Shown here piece by piece: positions 1 to 14,097 of a DNA stretch of 64,000 nt. The notes beneath the pieces are model-generated. The model saw only the letters and a list, made by a program, of their open reading frames with translations. It was not told the DNA's origin and did no database searches. The position numbers and the translations under genes were made by a program. The first letter of the stretch is position 1. Each line of letters starts with the position of its first letter. This DNA is from the human T2T-CHM13v2.0 reference genome, Homo sapiens. The stretch lies in NCBI RefSeq assembly GCF_009914755.1, contig NC_060947.1. One strand, 5' to 3'.

Positions 1-270
1 ATGTATATATTCACTGTAGGAGAAAATGCAAAAATATTTTCTAAAGTGGTTGCACTGATTTACATTCCTTCAACAGGGCAAAAAGATCCTGTTGGCCCAC
101 ATACTCTCCAACTCTTGGTATTGTCAGACTTTTATGTTTTTGCAATTTGAATGGGTATAAAATGTCATTTTTATCATGTCTTGATTTGTATTTCCCTTAT
201 CACAAATGACTTTGAACATCTCTTTATATGTTTGCTGGCTCTATATTTCCTTCTTCTCTGAAGTGGTCTA
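1..270 (-). mobile_element. Old L1 (L1M-type) 3' fragment
   Basis: Antisense L1 3'-end motifs: TTTCTAAAGTGGTTGCACTGATTTACATTCC, TTGATTTGTATTTCCCT, TTGAACATCTCTTTATATGTTTG. Confidence 0.7.
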
Positions 271-477
271 ACAGAACTTTCTTTTTTTTTTTTTTTTTTG
301 GTACTATTATGACATCCAAGAACACTAACAGTGATTCTTGGCACTCTATTAGAAGTGTATGCATGCCAAATATGCTTCCACTGATTCCATTCTTCTTTCA
401 TTTATTCATTCAACAAACATTTGCCCAGACCAGGGATGCAGGGGCAGAATGACAAGCTGGGATAATCAAAGTTCAAC

Positions 478-867
478 TGCTATGGTTCAAATGTTTGTCT
501 CCTCTGAAACTCATATTGAAATTGCCATTGTAACAGTATTAGGAGGTGGGGCCTTTAAAAAGTGAATAGGTCATGGAGGCTCCATTCTCATAAACTGATT
601 AATGCTGTCACTGAGGGAATGGGTTAGTCACCTCAAGAGTGGGTTGTTATAAAGTGAGCCCAGTCCCTTGTGCTTTCTCTTTGTTCATACACTTGCTTGC
701 CCTCTTGTCCTCTGCCATGGAATAATGCAGCAATAAGGCCCTCACCAGATGCTGGCACCAAGTTGGACTTCCCAATCTCCAGAACTATGAGCCAAATAAG
801 CTTATTTTCTTTATAAATTACCCAATCTGTGATATTCTGTTACAGTAGCAGAAAATGGACAAAGATA
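478..867 (+). mobile_element. MST-family (MSTB-like) solo LTR, ERVL-MaLR
   Basis: Starts TGCTATGGTTCAAATGTTTGTCTCC, ends AATGGACAAAGATA; flanks TCAAC/CCAAC form a near-perfect 5-bp TSD. Confidence 0.8.
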
Positions 868-919
868 CCAACTCTCTAAAAAAATTAAAATGAAAATCGG
901 ACTATAAAAATCTGCCTTG

Positions 920-1480
920 CTATTCATCAGGATGGAAGAACAGACACATATAAAGCCAAATGCAAAATTCACAGGAAACATTATTTCTTCTAAGGACAGG
1001 CTGCAGTTGTAATGCCATAAAGAACCCCTACTTTAAGTGCCTATTGCTTTCTTGGTCAATGAGAAACTTTGTTCTCTACAATCATAGACTATCAGAAACT
1101 TTGCTGTTTGAAATGATATCAGTAAGAGGGAAACATCTGATTCTCATGGGAGATTCTAAGTCACTTCCAGACAGAGAAGCAAGATTCAATTTTCAACCCA
1201 GGTGCAAAGCTTTAGGCAAGAGTTATCTGGGGACACAAAATTCTACATCTAAATTGTTTCCAAGGAAACAGCACTCTGGGTTCACTTCACAGTCCAGACC
1301 TGACAATTACCCTTTACATACAGCCCTGCTTTCCTTTGAGCCCACTAAAACACTGCTTCATTTAATTTCATCTGAACTCCACTATTCCTCAAAATCCTAT
1401 AAGAACTCTATCTTTTCCTTTGCTTAGTGAGCTGCCCATGGTGCCCCTGGTGTGCAGTCTCCCTTATTGATTGCTGGATC
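920..1480 (+). mobile_element. Probable old ERV1-type LTR remnant (family uncertain)
   Basis: LTR-like motifs TTGTTTCCAAGGAAAC, AAATCCTATAAGAAC, GGTGTGCAGTCTCCCTT; termini not clear. Confidence 0.35.
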
Positions 1481-2289
1481 TGTCAGACTAAAAATTAGTT
1501 TGAGGCTAATTGGACTAGGACACCTCTAACCTTCGAGATTGTTAAACCGAGGGCCAGAGGGGATAAGACTGGATTGAGAGCCCCCAGCAAGTCCACACTT
1601 CAGCCTACACCAGGTCCTCTCAAAATATTTTTTTCACCTGAGGATTCAGAAAGGCTTTCAGGAGGGCACACAGGCTTCTAGCTCTGTCAGGATTCTCTGG
1701 AGGAGGAGATATTTGAACTTGATTTTGAAGGATGAATAGGCATTCTTAGGTGAAGGACTGCACGACTTCTTCCCCTTCTGCTCCAGTGACATCTCCCAGA
1801 GGGCAGGGGCATCTCCAGAATTTACACATTGGAGGTGATATGGAGCAGCAAACTGGTTGAAGGGTAGAAGCAGAGCCTTGTATTAAAGCTACATTTCCAA
1901 AGTAAGGGCACCATGACCACATATATTTTACTTCATGAGGAAATAAAAATAATAAAGTTTCCTAAAGATTTTTATTGACATATTGCATTGGACTAAGGAC
2001 ACATTAAAAATTATTAGTATTGGCACTACGTAGTCCCTTTTTAGCTGGGGTAGATGGAGTGGGAGATAAGGTAAATTGCTGCAGCATTCAAACCTCGCAT
2101 CCAAGCCCCACAGGCACAGCAGGAGGGGAACCCAGCACTCTGAGTTCTCCCTTTTTCCCACCTCATGGCATATCCTAGGAGGGCTTGCATAACCATGATT
2201 TCTCCTCCTCCTCCTCCCCTGTGGTATGTCCTAGGAGAAGCCTGTAACCAGCCTGACATCTCCCCGCTTCTCATCCTGTGGTATCTGCC

Positions 2290-2900
2290 AGGAGATAGCC
2301 GCGGCCGCCCCTGATTCTTTCCAAGAGGCCCTTCAGTTTCTCGGAGCGGTATCACACAGATCCATAGACTACAGGTCCAAAGACCCCCTCCTCCAGTTAG
2401 CCCGCCCAGAGAAACGTCCCCACCCGTGCTCCCTGCCACCAGCGGGACAGCTCCACCTGAGTTTAGAGCAGACAGCTCTAAACTCACAGCCTGCTCTGTG
2501 AGTTCAGAGGTGTCCTCATCCTCAATACGGATGGACACTCCTCCAACATGGTGTATCCCATGGGGAAGCGCGACGTGGGCGCGGCCATGTTCCCCACCTG
2601 ACCACGCCGCCGAGGGGTACCGAACGTCCCAAAGCACCCACTTCCGTAACTTCTCCATGTTGACTCCTGGCTAACAGCAGCTTCAAAGGTGGTTTTGCGC
2701 ACGCGCGGAACCTCCGCTTCCCTCATTCATGTGAAGTCCCAAACCCCGAAAAAGGGCGGTGCTAGGGGTAGTGACCGGAAGCGGCTGCGGTTCTCGCCGG
2801 TTCTCAGCCGGGGTTTGATAGTTGTCAGGAGGATTCGACGTTCAGTGCCCAGGGATGTGGAGGTGATGGGGGGCCGGGGAGGGTGAGTGCTGGGCGATTC
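2290..2900. promoter_or_regulatory. ZNF81: CpG-island promoter of ZNF81, probably bidirectional
   Basis: Only CpG-dense non-Alu stretch in the window; oppositely oriented ETS/GABP cores ACTTCCG (2640) and CCGGAAG (2775); YY1-like GCGGCCATGTT (2581); GGGCGG GC box (~2754); strong donor GTGAGT at 2883. Confidence 0.8.
2797..2882 (+). other. ZNF81: ZNF81 exon 1 (5' UTR, non-coding); start approximate
   Basis: Downstream of the ETS site in the CpG island; ends at consensus donor AGG|GTGAGT (2883); TSS inferred. Confidence 0.6.
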
Positions 2901-4669
2901 TGTGTGGCCAGTGATGGAATCGTTTATCTAACTTGAGTTGGATGATTCACTCATCATTTTGCAGGCTTTTCTCTTTTCTAACATCACCGTTAAGGTCTTA
3001 AAGTTCATTCTAAGCCCCATTGGGTTTGGAGCATTATGTTTTTTAAGAGTGTTAACTTGTATTCATTTGTCTTTTACCCGGGAGTTATTCAAAAGTGGGG
3101 TTTCAGTGTGCAAAAGTTTATCTCTGTAATGGATCTCTAACCTTAGTTTTCTGTGTTAGAAAAATATCTACGTGAAGCTCATTCCTTGAAATATAAGGAG
3201 ACTTATGGCCTAGTCCGTGGTGAATTTTTAGAAACGTTCTATATATAACTTGAAAATAATATTTAATTATTTAGTCGTCAGTTGTGTCATAGAAAATCTA
3301 TCCTTTTTTGTCTGCTTCTTCTATTACTTCGAGGAGAGAGAAATTCTCCACTGTGATGGTGATTTGTCTGTGTCTCCTTACTGCTGTCTGTGATCCTCTG
3401 TGAGTTACTTTTTGTATAAAGTATGAGACTTAGGTCGAGGTGCATTAATTTGCTTATGGATGTCCAGACTGAAGCACCATTTGTTGAAAAGACTATCTTT
3501 CCTCCATTGACTTGTCTTTCACCATTGTCAAAAATAAGTTGGCCATACTTGTGTGTGGGCTCTTTCTGGGTTTGCTATTCAGTTCATTGTCTATGTGTCT
3601 ATCCCTCTGCCAGTACTACCTTGCTGTCTTGAATTGGATAGAGTGATTCCTCTCACTTTATTCTTTTTCAAAATTGTTTTAATGCCTCTGGTTCCCTTGC
3701 CTTTCCTATATGCATTTTAGAAAATCTTGTCTCTATCTACAAAGCATCTTGCTTGGATTTTGATAGGAATTGCATTAAACCTGTATACCAACTCGGGAAG
3801 AAGTTAAGTCTTAACTGTGCCAAGTCTTCCAATCCATATACATAGTATGTCTCTCTATTTATTTAGATCTTTTAAAATTTCTATAAATGGTGTATTTTAA
3901 TTTTCATCACCCAAGTTGTGTACATGTCTTATTCAATTTATACCTAAGTATTTAATTGTTTTGGAGTGGTCATAAATGGTGTTATCTTTTAAATTGTTGC
4001 TTATATATAGGAATACAATTGAGTTTTGTCTGTTGGTCTTGTATCCTGCAATCTTGCTGAGCTCAATTATTAGGTTTTACACCTTTTTTGGCAGATTCCT
4101 TGGGTTTTCTGCATGAGCAATCATGTCATATACAAACAGGGATAGTTTTATTTCTTTCTTTCCAATCTTTATACCTCTGCTTTTCTTCCCTTATTACACT
4201 GGCAAGAAGTTCCAGTACTATGTTGAATAAGAGAGTGGACATCTTTGCATTGTTTTCAGTCTTAGGGGGAAAATATTCAACCTTTTACCATTAAGTATGA
4301 TTTTAGCTGTAGGGCTTTCTTTTTTTGGACCCTCTTTTTTGGTTGAGGAAGTTCCCCTCTATTTTTAATTTCAAAAGTAGTTTTTATCGTGAATGGGTGT
4401 TGAATTTCATCAACACTCTGAATTTTGATGATCTTGTGATTTTTTTTCTTTTTTAGCTTGTCAGTATGGAGGGTTATGCTGATTGATTTTTGAATATTGA
4501 ACTAGTCTTACATTCCTGGAATAAACCCTACTTGGTTGTGATGTATAATTCTTTGGATATATTGAAGGAATTGATTAGCTAATGCTTTTTTGAGGATTTT
4601 TGCATCTAAGTTCATGGGAAATATTTGTCTATAGTTTTCTTTTTTATACTATCTTTGTCTGGTTTTATT

Positions 4670-4981
<312 letters not shown>

Positions 4982-5215
4982 TAATACTGGCCTCATTGAA
5001 TGAGTTGGGGACTATTTCCTCCTCTTCTGTTTTCTGGAAGAGACTGTGTAGAATAAGTACTAATTTTTATTTAAATATTTAAATATTTGGTAGACTTCTC
5101 CAGTGAAGCCATCTGGGCCTGGAAACTTCCATTTGGAAGCTTTTTGATCATGGCTTCAATGTCTGTAATAGTTATGTAACTATTCAGATTATCTATTTAA
5201 TATCATTTTAGACTA

Positions 5216-5579
5216 CAGGTTAAGCATCCCTAATTCAAAAATCTGAAATCCAAAATGCTTCAAAATCCAAAACTTTCTGAGTGCCAACATAATGCCACAA
5301 GCAAAATTTCACACCTGATTTTGTGACAGGTCACAGTCAAAATGCAGTGAAAACTTTGTTTCATGCACAAAATTATTAAACATGTTATATAAAATTACCT
5401 TCAGGCTATGTTATAAGGTAACATAGTGTACATGAAACATAAATGAATTCTGTGTGTATACTTGGGTCTCATTCTGCAAGATACTTTATTATGTATATGC
5501 ATATATTCCAAAATAAAAAAAAACTGAAATCTGAAACACTTCTGTTCCCAAGCATTTTGGATAAGAGACATTCAACCTG
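5216..5579 (+). mobile_element. Tigger4b/Zombi-like DNA transposon MITE
   Basis: TIRs CAGGTTAAGCATCCCTAATTCAAAAAT ... ATTTTGGATAAGAGACATTCAACCTG, preceded by TA. Confidence 0.75.
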
Positions 5580-5699
5580 CATTTAATAGTGGGTGAATTG
5601 TGGTACTTTGCATTTTACAAGGAATTGGACTGTTTCATCCAAGTTGTTGAATTTATGTGCACAAAGTTGTTGTGGTATTCCCTTACTATCCTTTTAATG

Positions 5700-5920
5700 C
5701 AAGCTTGTCCAACCCGCTGTCCGTGGGCCACATGTGGCTCCGGACAGCTTGGAATGCAGCCCAACACAAATTCGTAAACTTTCTTAAAATATTGTGAGTT
5801 TTTTTTGCATTTTTTTTTAAAGCTCATCAGCTATCGTTAGTGTTAGTGTATTTTATGTGTGGTGAAAGACAATTCTTCTTCCAGTGGGGCCCAGGGAAGC
5901 CAAAAGATTAGATACCCCTG
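5700..5920. mobile_element. MER30 (hAT-Charlie) non-autonomous DNA transposon
   Basis: Termini CAAGCTTGTCCAAC / GATTAGATACCCCTG; perfect 8-bp TSD TTTTAATG at 5692-5699 and 5921-5928. Confidence 0.85.
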
Positions 5921-6003
5921 TTTTAATGGCTGCAGGATCTGCAGTTACATCTCTGTGTTTCATTTCTAATATTGGTAATTTGTGTCTTCATGTCTTCTCT
6001 CTC

Positions 6004-7582
6004 TTTTTTTTTTTTTTTGCAGAGACAAGTGAACATTTATTTTTGTGCCTTTCTTCCTATGTGTATTTCGAGTCTTTTTCAAAACAAGTCCCCAGGAATC
6101 TCCAGATTCAATTATGTCCCTGGGCTTGGTCGACTGCTGCAGGATTCTTAGGAAGCATTATACAAATGCTAGAGTTACTCATTAACCAACATTAAACCCT
6201 AGGATAGAAGATGCAGCAAAGCAGGACTCCTTCGTGGAATGTGCTGATTTCAGATGAGGCCGCAGCCAATGTAGAAAATGCTGGAATTTTTCCTTGAAAC
6301 TGGACTGTGATGAGAGGTGCTTGCCATGAACATAAGCTACTGTCTTTTCTTTTCTTTCTTTCTTTTCTTTTTCTTTTTTCTTTTTTTTTTGAGACGGAGT
6401 TTTGCTGTTGTTGTCCAGGCTGGAGTGCAATGGCGCAATCTCGGCTCACCCCAACCTCCGCCTCCCAGGCAGGTTCAAGCGATTCTCCTGCCTCAACCTG
6501 CTGAGTAGCTGGGATTACAGGCATGCGCCACCATGCCCGGCTAATTTTTGTATTTTTAGTAGAGACGGGGTTTCTCCATGTTGGTCAGGCTGGTCTTGAA
6601 CTCCTGACCTCAGGTGATCCGCCCGCTTTGGCCTCCCAAAGTGCTGGGATTGCAGGCGTGAGCCACCGTGCCCGGCGAGCTACTGTCTTTTCTTTGACCC
6701 TTCCTTTCCAGTTTTTGAAGATAAAGCAGGAGATAAACTTCTCTGAAGATACTTGATAAAAATTCCCCCCAAAAATAAAAACACATGCTTCCACTTCATT
6801 GATACAAATTTACTGCAGTTTGGCACCTGGGTCTAGTTCAGCTGGTGGATGAGCAGATTGATGTGTTCACCCCGATAGCCAGGTGTGCCCGTCTCCTTGA
6901 GGAAGCCTACTCTATTTTTGGTAGCATGACGGGCCACTGACAGGTGGAAAGGGCTCAAGAACCATGAGATCTCCTCGAAATGTTTCCCTGGGAAGGCAAT
7001 TTCATGAATGAGGTCTTCCAAGCAAATGACACCAAACTTCCCCAGGTGCTCCTCAATCACTGTACTGTCTGTCAGAGGGATGGTCTTATTCTTGACCTTG
7101 GCTTGTCTATGTTTAAAAATGAGTTCCCGGACAGACTTCAGATTTGGAAATCCCCAGGTCACATAAGGTTCCACTATATGCAGCATTTTTAGGTTCTGGG
7201 AGGTAACTTTTACAAAGACACCACTAAAAATTTTCTTTAGGCGGTCTTGCAATGGTTCTCTGCACCAGTAAACTCACGCCATCAATCCTTTCGATGTGTA
7301 TGACAAAGGCCAAGGAATGTTTATCTGGCAATTCCAAGGCATGAGGTTTCACTTCTAGTCGTCTGAGACGCACCTTGTCACGTTTCTGCCGCCAGGAATC
7401 ATGTAGGAATGATTCCAGTCACTTAAACCTAAGCCCTTTTCCTTTCCTCTGCTCCTTCTTTGCCAAAAGTGCCTGCTTTGCCTGGGTGGCTTTGAGGGCT
7501 TGATAAACCTTCCTCTTTTTTCAGGAGATTTTCTGGAACCAAAGGGATTTTTCTTTGCTCTTGCTCTGCCATCTTTCTAGTC
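6004..7582 (-). pseudogene. Processed pseudogene of RPL7L1 (ribosomal protein L7-like 1)
   Basis: Intronless CDS from ATG 7572 ([17 protein letters not shown]) to 6833 (...[17 protein letters not shown]...QLN*), then 3' UTR and poly(A) at ~6004-6018. Disabled by an extra A at ~7520, an in-frame TGA at 7419-7421 and a 2-nt deletion at ~7243. Confidence 0.92.
6350..6677 (-). mobile_element. AluS (Sp/Sq-like) inserted in the pseudogene 3' UTR
   Basis: Full Alu with TSD AGCTACTGTCTTTTC at 6335-6349 and 6678-6692. Confidence 0.9.
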
Positions 7583-8421
7583 GTGTCTTTTTTATCTTTG
7601 TCAATCTTGCTGGAGGATTACAAGTTTTATTGTTCTTTTCAAAAGACCAGCTATTGGATTTATTTATTTTTTCTATTGTTTTTCTGTTTTCAATTTCATT
7701 GATTTCTGCTCTTGTATTTATTACTTCCTTCCGCTTAGTTTGAGTTTTCTTTTTCTAGTTTCTTGAGGTGGGAGCTTAGATTATTGATTTAAGACCTTTC
7801 CTCTTTTCTCATATAAACATTTAGTGCTATAATGTTCCCTCTCAACAGTGCTTTATCTGTACCCCACAGATTTTGATATGTTACATTTTTCGTTTTCATT
7901 CATCACATTTTAATTTCCCTTGGGACTTCATCTTTGATCCATGGATCATATAGAAATATATTATTTAAAGTATCTGGAGATTCTCCTGTTATCTTTCTGT
8001 TGTTGATTGATAGTTCTATGCTATTATAATCAGAGAACATACTCTGTACGACTTCAATTTGTGGAGGTGTTTTATGACCCCCGGTGTGGTCTATTTGGAG
8101 AATGTTCAGCAGGTGCTTGAAAGGAAGGTGCATTCCATTAGTGTTTGGCTGGAGAAGGCTGTGTATCTTCAAAAAGGTTTTCTGTTCAGCGAAGTCACCT
8201 TTTTCCTGGTCCGTTAACAGGAATGGCTTTTCTTGGAGCCATATTGTTTTGGCGGGGGGAGTCTGTTCCTGTTGATGGTTCTGAGTTGTAAGTTTCTGCA
8301 GTACCTTTTGATGATATATGGGAGGATAAAGGAAAACCCAGGGAACTCAACCACTGTGCTGTTCAAGTCCTGAGGTCTGCAAGCTGTCCTCCTTACCTTT
8401 CTACCTTTCAGAGTCTTCTGA

Positions 8422-8865
<444 letters not shown>

Positions 8866-9295
8866 TAAAATGCATTGCTATACAGTTATGCATAATGTTC
8901 TGCAATAACTGCTTTAAACACCTTCCTATCTGGGAAAGATTTTCCTCTCATTTTGAATATATGTATATGTGTATGTGTGTGTATGGTTTCTATGGTTTTA
9001 AGGCTCTTCCATGATGTAATAGGTATCTGTACTTCTTTTTTATTACCAAATAATACTCTATTGTATATATATGGCAAATTTTGTTTATCCATTCATCACT
9101 TGATGGACATTTGGATTATTTCCACTTTTTGGCTATTATGGATAATGCTGCTGTGACTATTTGTGTATAAGTTTTGGAATGGACATATGTTTTAATTTCT
9201 CTTGCATAGACATGGTCTCCTAATCAAATGGAAGATTTGGGTTTTGATTTGTATTTTCCTAATGACTGATGATGATAATTATCTTATGTTATTCC

Positions 9296-9302
<7 letters not shown>

Positions 9303-9348
<46 letters not shown>
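9303..9348. repeat. (AC)23 microsatellite
   Basis: Perfect AC run. Confidence 0.95.
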
Positions 9349-9351
<3 letters not shown>

Positions 9352-9411
9352 TGACTCCTTTATCTGATTTGCTAGAGAGTTTTTTTTATGACATTGGTCA
9401 TTTCCATTTGT

Positions 9412-9755
<344 letters not shown>

Positions 9756-10019
9756 TGATTTAGTTAAGGTTTTATTAATTACTTCCTGGTTTTGGTTTTT
9801 GTTTTGCTTAATTTTGTTTTTTCTAATTCTAATGTTTTAGGTTGAATATATAGCTCATTTTTGGGTTGTATTTATTTTTAATTAAAACCAAAGCTATTTA
9901 AAGCAGTAAATTTCACTCCAAATACAATGCTGTATTCCGTAACTTCTGGTAAAATTTGTATAGCTTCTGTATTGATTTCCCACTTTGATCCTGGGTTATT
10001 CAGGAAAAAGTTTTCTTCC

Positions 10020-10845
10020 CCTTTTAAAAAATAAGATTTATTTAGGTATATTCCAATACCATAAAATTCACCCACTTAAAGTATGTAGCTCAGTGGTTTT
10101 TAGTATATTAACAGAGTTGTGCAGCCATCACCACAATCTAATTTTAGAACCTTTTCAACACACCCAAAAGAAATCCTGTCCTCATTAGCAGACATTTACC
10201 ATTCATGCCACCTCATACTCCCAGCCCTAGGCAACCACTCTTCTATTTCTGTCTCTGTGGATTTGCCTATTCTGGATATTTCACATGAGTGGAATCACAA
10301 AATATGTGGTCTTTTGTGACCGGCTTCTTTCACTTAGGGTAGAGTTTTCAGGGGTCATCCATGTTGTAGTAAGTATTAGTACTTCTTTTGTATTACCAAA
10401 TGTTATAATATTCCATTGTGTATATATGCGAAATTTTGTTTATCCATTCATCAATTGACATCAAACATTTGGATTGTTTCTACTTTTTGGCTGCTATGAA
10501 TAATGCTGCTGTAAATATTTGTATACAAGTTTTGGAATGGACATGGGTTTTTAAAAATTTCTCTTGCATAGATATCTATGAGTGGAATTTCTTGGTTATA
10601 TGGTGACTTTATGGTTGATATTTTGAGAAACTGCCAAACTGTTTTTCAGAATGAGTGCACCATTTTACAATCCAACCAGCAATGTATGAGAGCCCCAATT
10701 TATTCACAGCTCACCAACACTTGTTACTGTCTTTTCTTCTTATGTTAGCCATTTTAGTGGATGTGACATGGTCTCCTAATACATGAAAGATTTTGGTTTT
10801 GATTTGCATTTTCCTAATGACTGATGTTGTTGAACATCTTATGTT
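10020..10845 (-). mobile_element. L1MB-type 3' end fragment
   Basis: CCATAAAATTCACCCACTTAAAGT...CCCAGCCCTAGGCAACCAC...GATTTGCCTATTCTGGATATTTCA, typical antisense L1MB 3' end. Confidence 0.75.
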
Positions 10846-11429
10846 ACGATCAGAGAATGTAAACCTGTCAATTCCCAACATTAAAACATTTATCAGATTT
10901 TTTGGTGGCCAAGTTATTTGAAGGAATTTTGTAAAAGTTCCATTACTATAAGAGAATAAAGTATGTTTTCCCTCTTGTTTTGGTATAACATCCTTTTTAT
11001 GTTTTTAAAATTTAACTTGTTCATGCCTTTTATTTTATTTTACTCTTTATTTATTTTACTTTCTCTTTTCCTCTTCATCCCATTCTTACTTCCATTGTCT
11101 TAAGTTCCTCTTTTTTAAGTAGATATTTTTCCTTTCTTAACAAGAATGACTAAATCTACAGTGCCTCTAATAATTGATCAGAATAAAATTGTACCTCAAC
11201 TTGGACACAGAGACACCCTCTCCTCCCTAGTTCCCTCAACGAGGAAACAGTTTTATCTCTGGATATTTTTGAGTTAATTAAAAAACTTTAGTCCCAGGCT
11301 ATTAATATTTTTCTTATAGCATGTCTCTTCTGTTTCAAGAAATTTTACTTAACTTTTTTATTCTGAATTCAGGGTCATATTTTCAACATCTGTTAAACAG
11401 AACCACATTTATTTTGAACCTACCATGGA

Positions 11430-11830
11430 AAAGGTATCATATGATATAACTTTGACGGCGTGAACTTTGGAGCCTTGGTAGACTGGGTTTGACTTAACAC
11501 CACTAAACCTCTAATTCTGTGTGCATAAAATGAAATAATAATGATTATAACAACACACAGATGAAAGGATTGTTGTGTAAATTACCTGCTATTACATGCT
11601 TCCTTATAACAATACTTGGTAACATGTATTAAGTGTTTACCTGGGGCCAGTTCAGCGCTAAGTACCATTGAAACATAATCTCATCTAATTTTCATAACCA
11701 CTTGAGATAAATATTTCAAATTCATTTTGAAAAATAAACCTGAAGCAGCTTTTTCATGTTCTCATAGCTAAAAGTTGGCAGAGCTAGAATTTAAACCTTT
11801 ATTAATTTTAGTCCAAATCTCATGCTCTTG
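11430..11830. mobile_element. Two degraded MIR elements in opposite orientation
   Basis: MIR-core-like TGCATAAAATGAAATAATAAT and ATCTCATCTAATTTTCATAAC...GGCAGAGCTAGAATTTAAACC. Confidence 0.5.
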
Positions 11831-11986
11831 CTCATATTCTATTTTAATTGATAAGCAGAATATGTGTTTCTTGGACTTTATCTACTTCACAGTATCCAGT
11901 GCAGTGAACTGTACTTTGGTTCCCCCAGGAGATGTCTGTGTAGTAAGTGCTATCTGCCTCTGATCATATGGACACTGTCTTTCCAG

Positions 11987-12149
11987 AGTTCTTGGAGTCT
12001 CTGCGGAGTCCCTGGGCCAGATCTCACAGTGAAAGCTGCAGGATCTTCCTTCTGACCCCAGCAGTCCCCGTTGAGTCCACCGATCCCACTGGAATTATAA
12101 AGTTGTCAGCAAGAAAGCCCCAGGGCTGAAGTCCAAGTCCGTCGGGAAC
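11987..12149 (+). other. ZNF81: ZNF81 exon 2, 5' UTR portion
   Basis: Acceptor CTGTCTTTCCAG| ending at 11986. Confidence 0.75.
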
Positions 12150-12203
12150 ATGCCAGCTAACGAGGACGCTCCCCAGCCAGGGGAACATGGCAGTGCCTGT
12201 GAG
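12150..12203 (+). CDS. ZNF81: ZNF81 first coding segment (MPANEDAPQPGEHGSACE)
   Basis: AACATG start, 18 codons, phase-0 donor GAG|GTGAGG; joins in frame to the KRAB-A exon. Confidence 0.9.
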
Positions 12204-13110
12204 GTGAGGAGGAGGAAGAGGTGCCCAGGGATTGGAATTCATCCACAGCCCTGAAGGAAAGATACTACCTCATAGTTTTCATTTCTAGTACTTTTTTTAG
12301 CAGGCAGGAAAATTTCCCCCCACCCTCATTTTTATTGGTCATTTATTTCCCTTTTGTGAATTTCCTTCTCCTGTCCATTGCTGATTTATTTATCTTAGCT
12401 TATGGATTTTAAAAGAGGCTTTTGAAAATATTTAGGTTAATAGCCCTTTATCATTCTTGCATATTTTTATGAATATTTGTTGTCACTTCGTAATTTGCAA
12501 TTAGCTCTTAGTTTCATTTACAAGTGGTAAAGGTATCAAATAGTTCTCTAAGTCTTGTTTAAAGAAAAAAAAAAGCTCTTCCATGCTTTGTTTTCCACCA
12601 GATTCCAGCTGCCCAGAAGCAAGCACCCTTACTCTTTTTAATAGTTTTAAAGAATGTTTTGGGTGTTATCTATTGGCTTTCCACTATGGAAGATAGAGAT
12701 TGAGCTTTTCTTTACACCCCTACTCACATACACATTTCCTAACTCCACCTCCCTAAGACAGGTATATCATTGTTTTGGTGAGATTCATGGTCAGTGTTGA
12801 TCATTGAATCCCATGGTATCTATGCTGTGATGACTATTTCGGCACAACTTTTTTCTTTTCCCTGGAATTAACAATTTTCTGTCTCAGTCATTTGTTTGTG
12901 TTACTATATACACATCAATCATTTAACTCCAAATTCTTCCCTGGTGTTAAATCTCCTTTCTATATATTCAAACATATTAGGTATTAATCACAGTGATAAT
13001 AATTAAAAGCAGTCATACAACATTTACTGCATGCCAAGCACTGTTACACGTACTCTACATGTGTTCACCCATCTTCACAACAACCTCATGAAGTAGGTGC
13101 CATTATTATC

Positions 13111-13259
<149 letters not shown>

Positions 13260-13789
13260 TAGGTGCCATTATTATCCCCATGTCATAGAGGAGAAAACTG
13301 GGGCATAGGGGAAAACCATTTGGCCCAGGTTTACACAGTAAATAGCCAGTAATAGGTGGGGCTGCTCTCACTTCTGGGCATCACTGTCTTCTCTTTGAAG
13401 AAATCTCTCCTGGAGCTTGACTTGCTAAAGTCTGGACTGGTGTCTTTCTCAGTTTGATACAGAGCTGTTACCTTGGTGTCTTCCCTTCACCATCTCCCAG
13501 GAAATCCCCTTGACTTCTCTCTTGGGTCAGATCTGTTTCCTGGAGCTTGTGTCTTCATCTTCCTTGGCTTACCCCTTCATTTTGTGGGGAGCACATCCTT
13601 GCAAATGGATGCATGACAGGTACATTTTATGAAACTTTGCATGTCTGAAAATGTCATGCAGAAATATATTTACTGAATACATATAACTGTATAAATTTAT
13701 GTGTAGAAATATAAATATGAATGCCATGGAAATATACCTATTTGATCCTGACACTAAATTTGTCTTTTTGGCTGAGAATAGAATTCTAG

Positions 13790-14097
<308 letters not shown>

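Noticed and set aside
960-1427. 155-aa ATG-initiated ORF upstream of the promoter
   Set aside because: Lies in a probable LTR remnant; no recognisable domain, splice structure or nearby promoter
6833-7252. 139-aa RPL7L1-like ORF as a functional gene
   Set aside because: Non-ATG start created by a frameshift; upstream CDS has a stop and frameshifts; processed pseudogene
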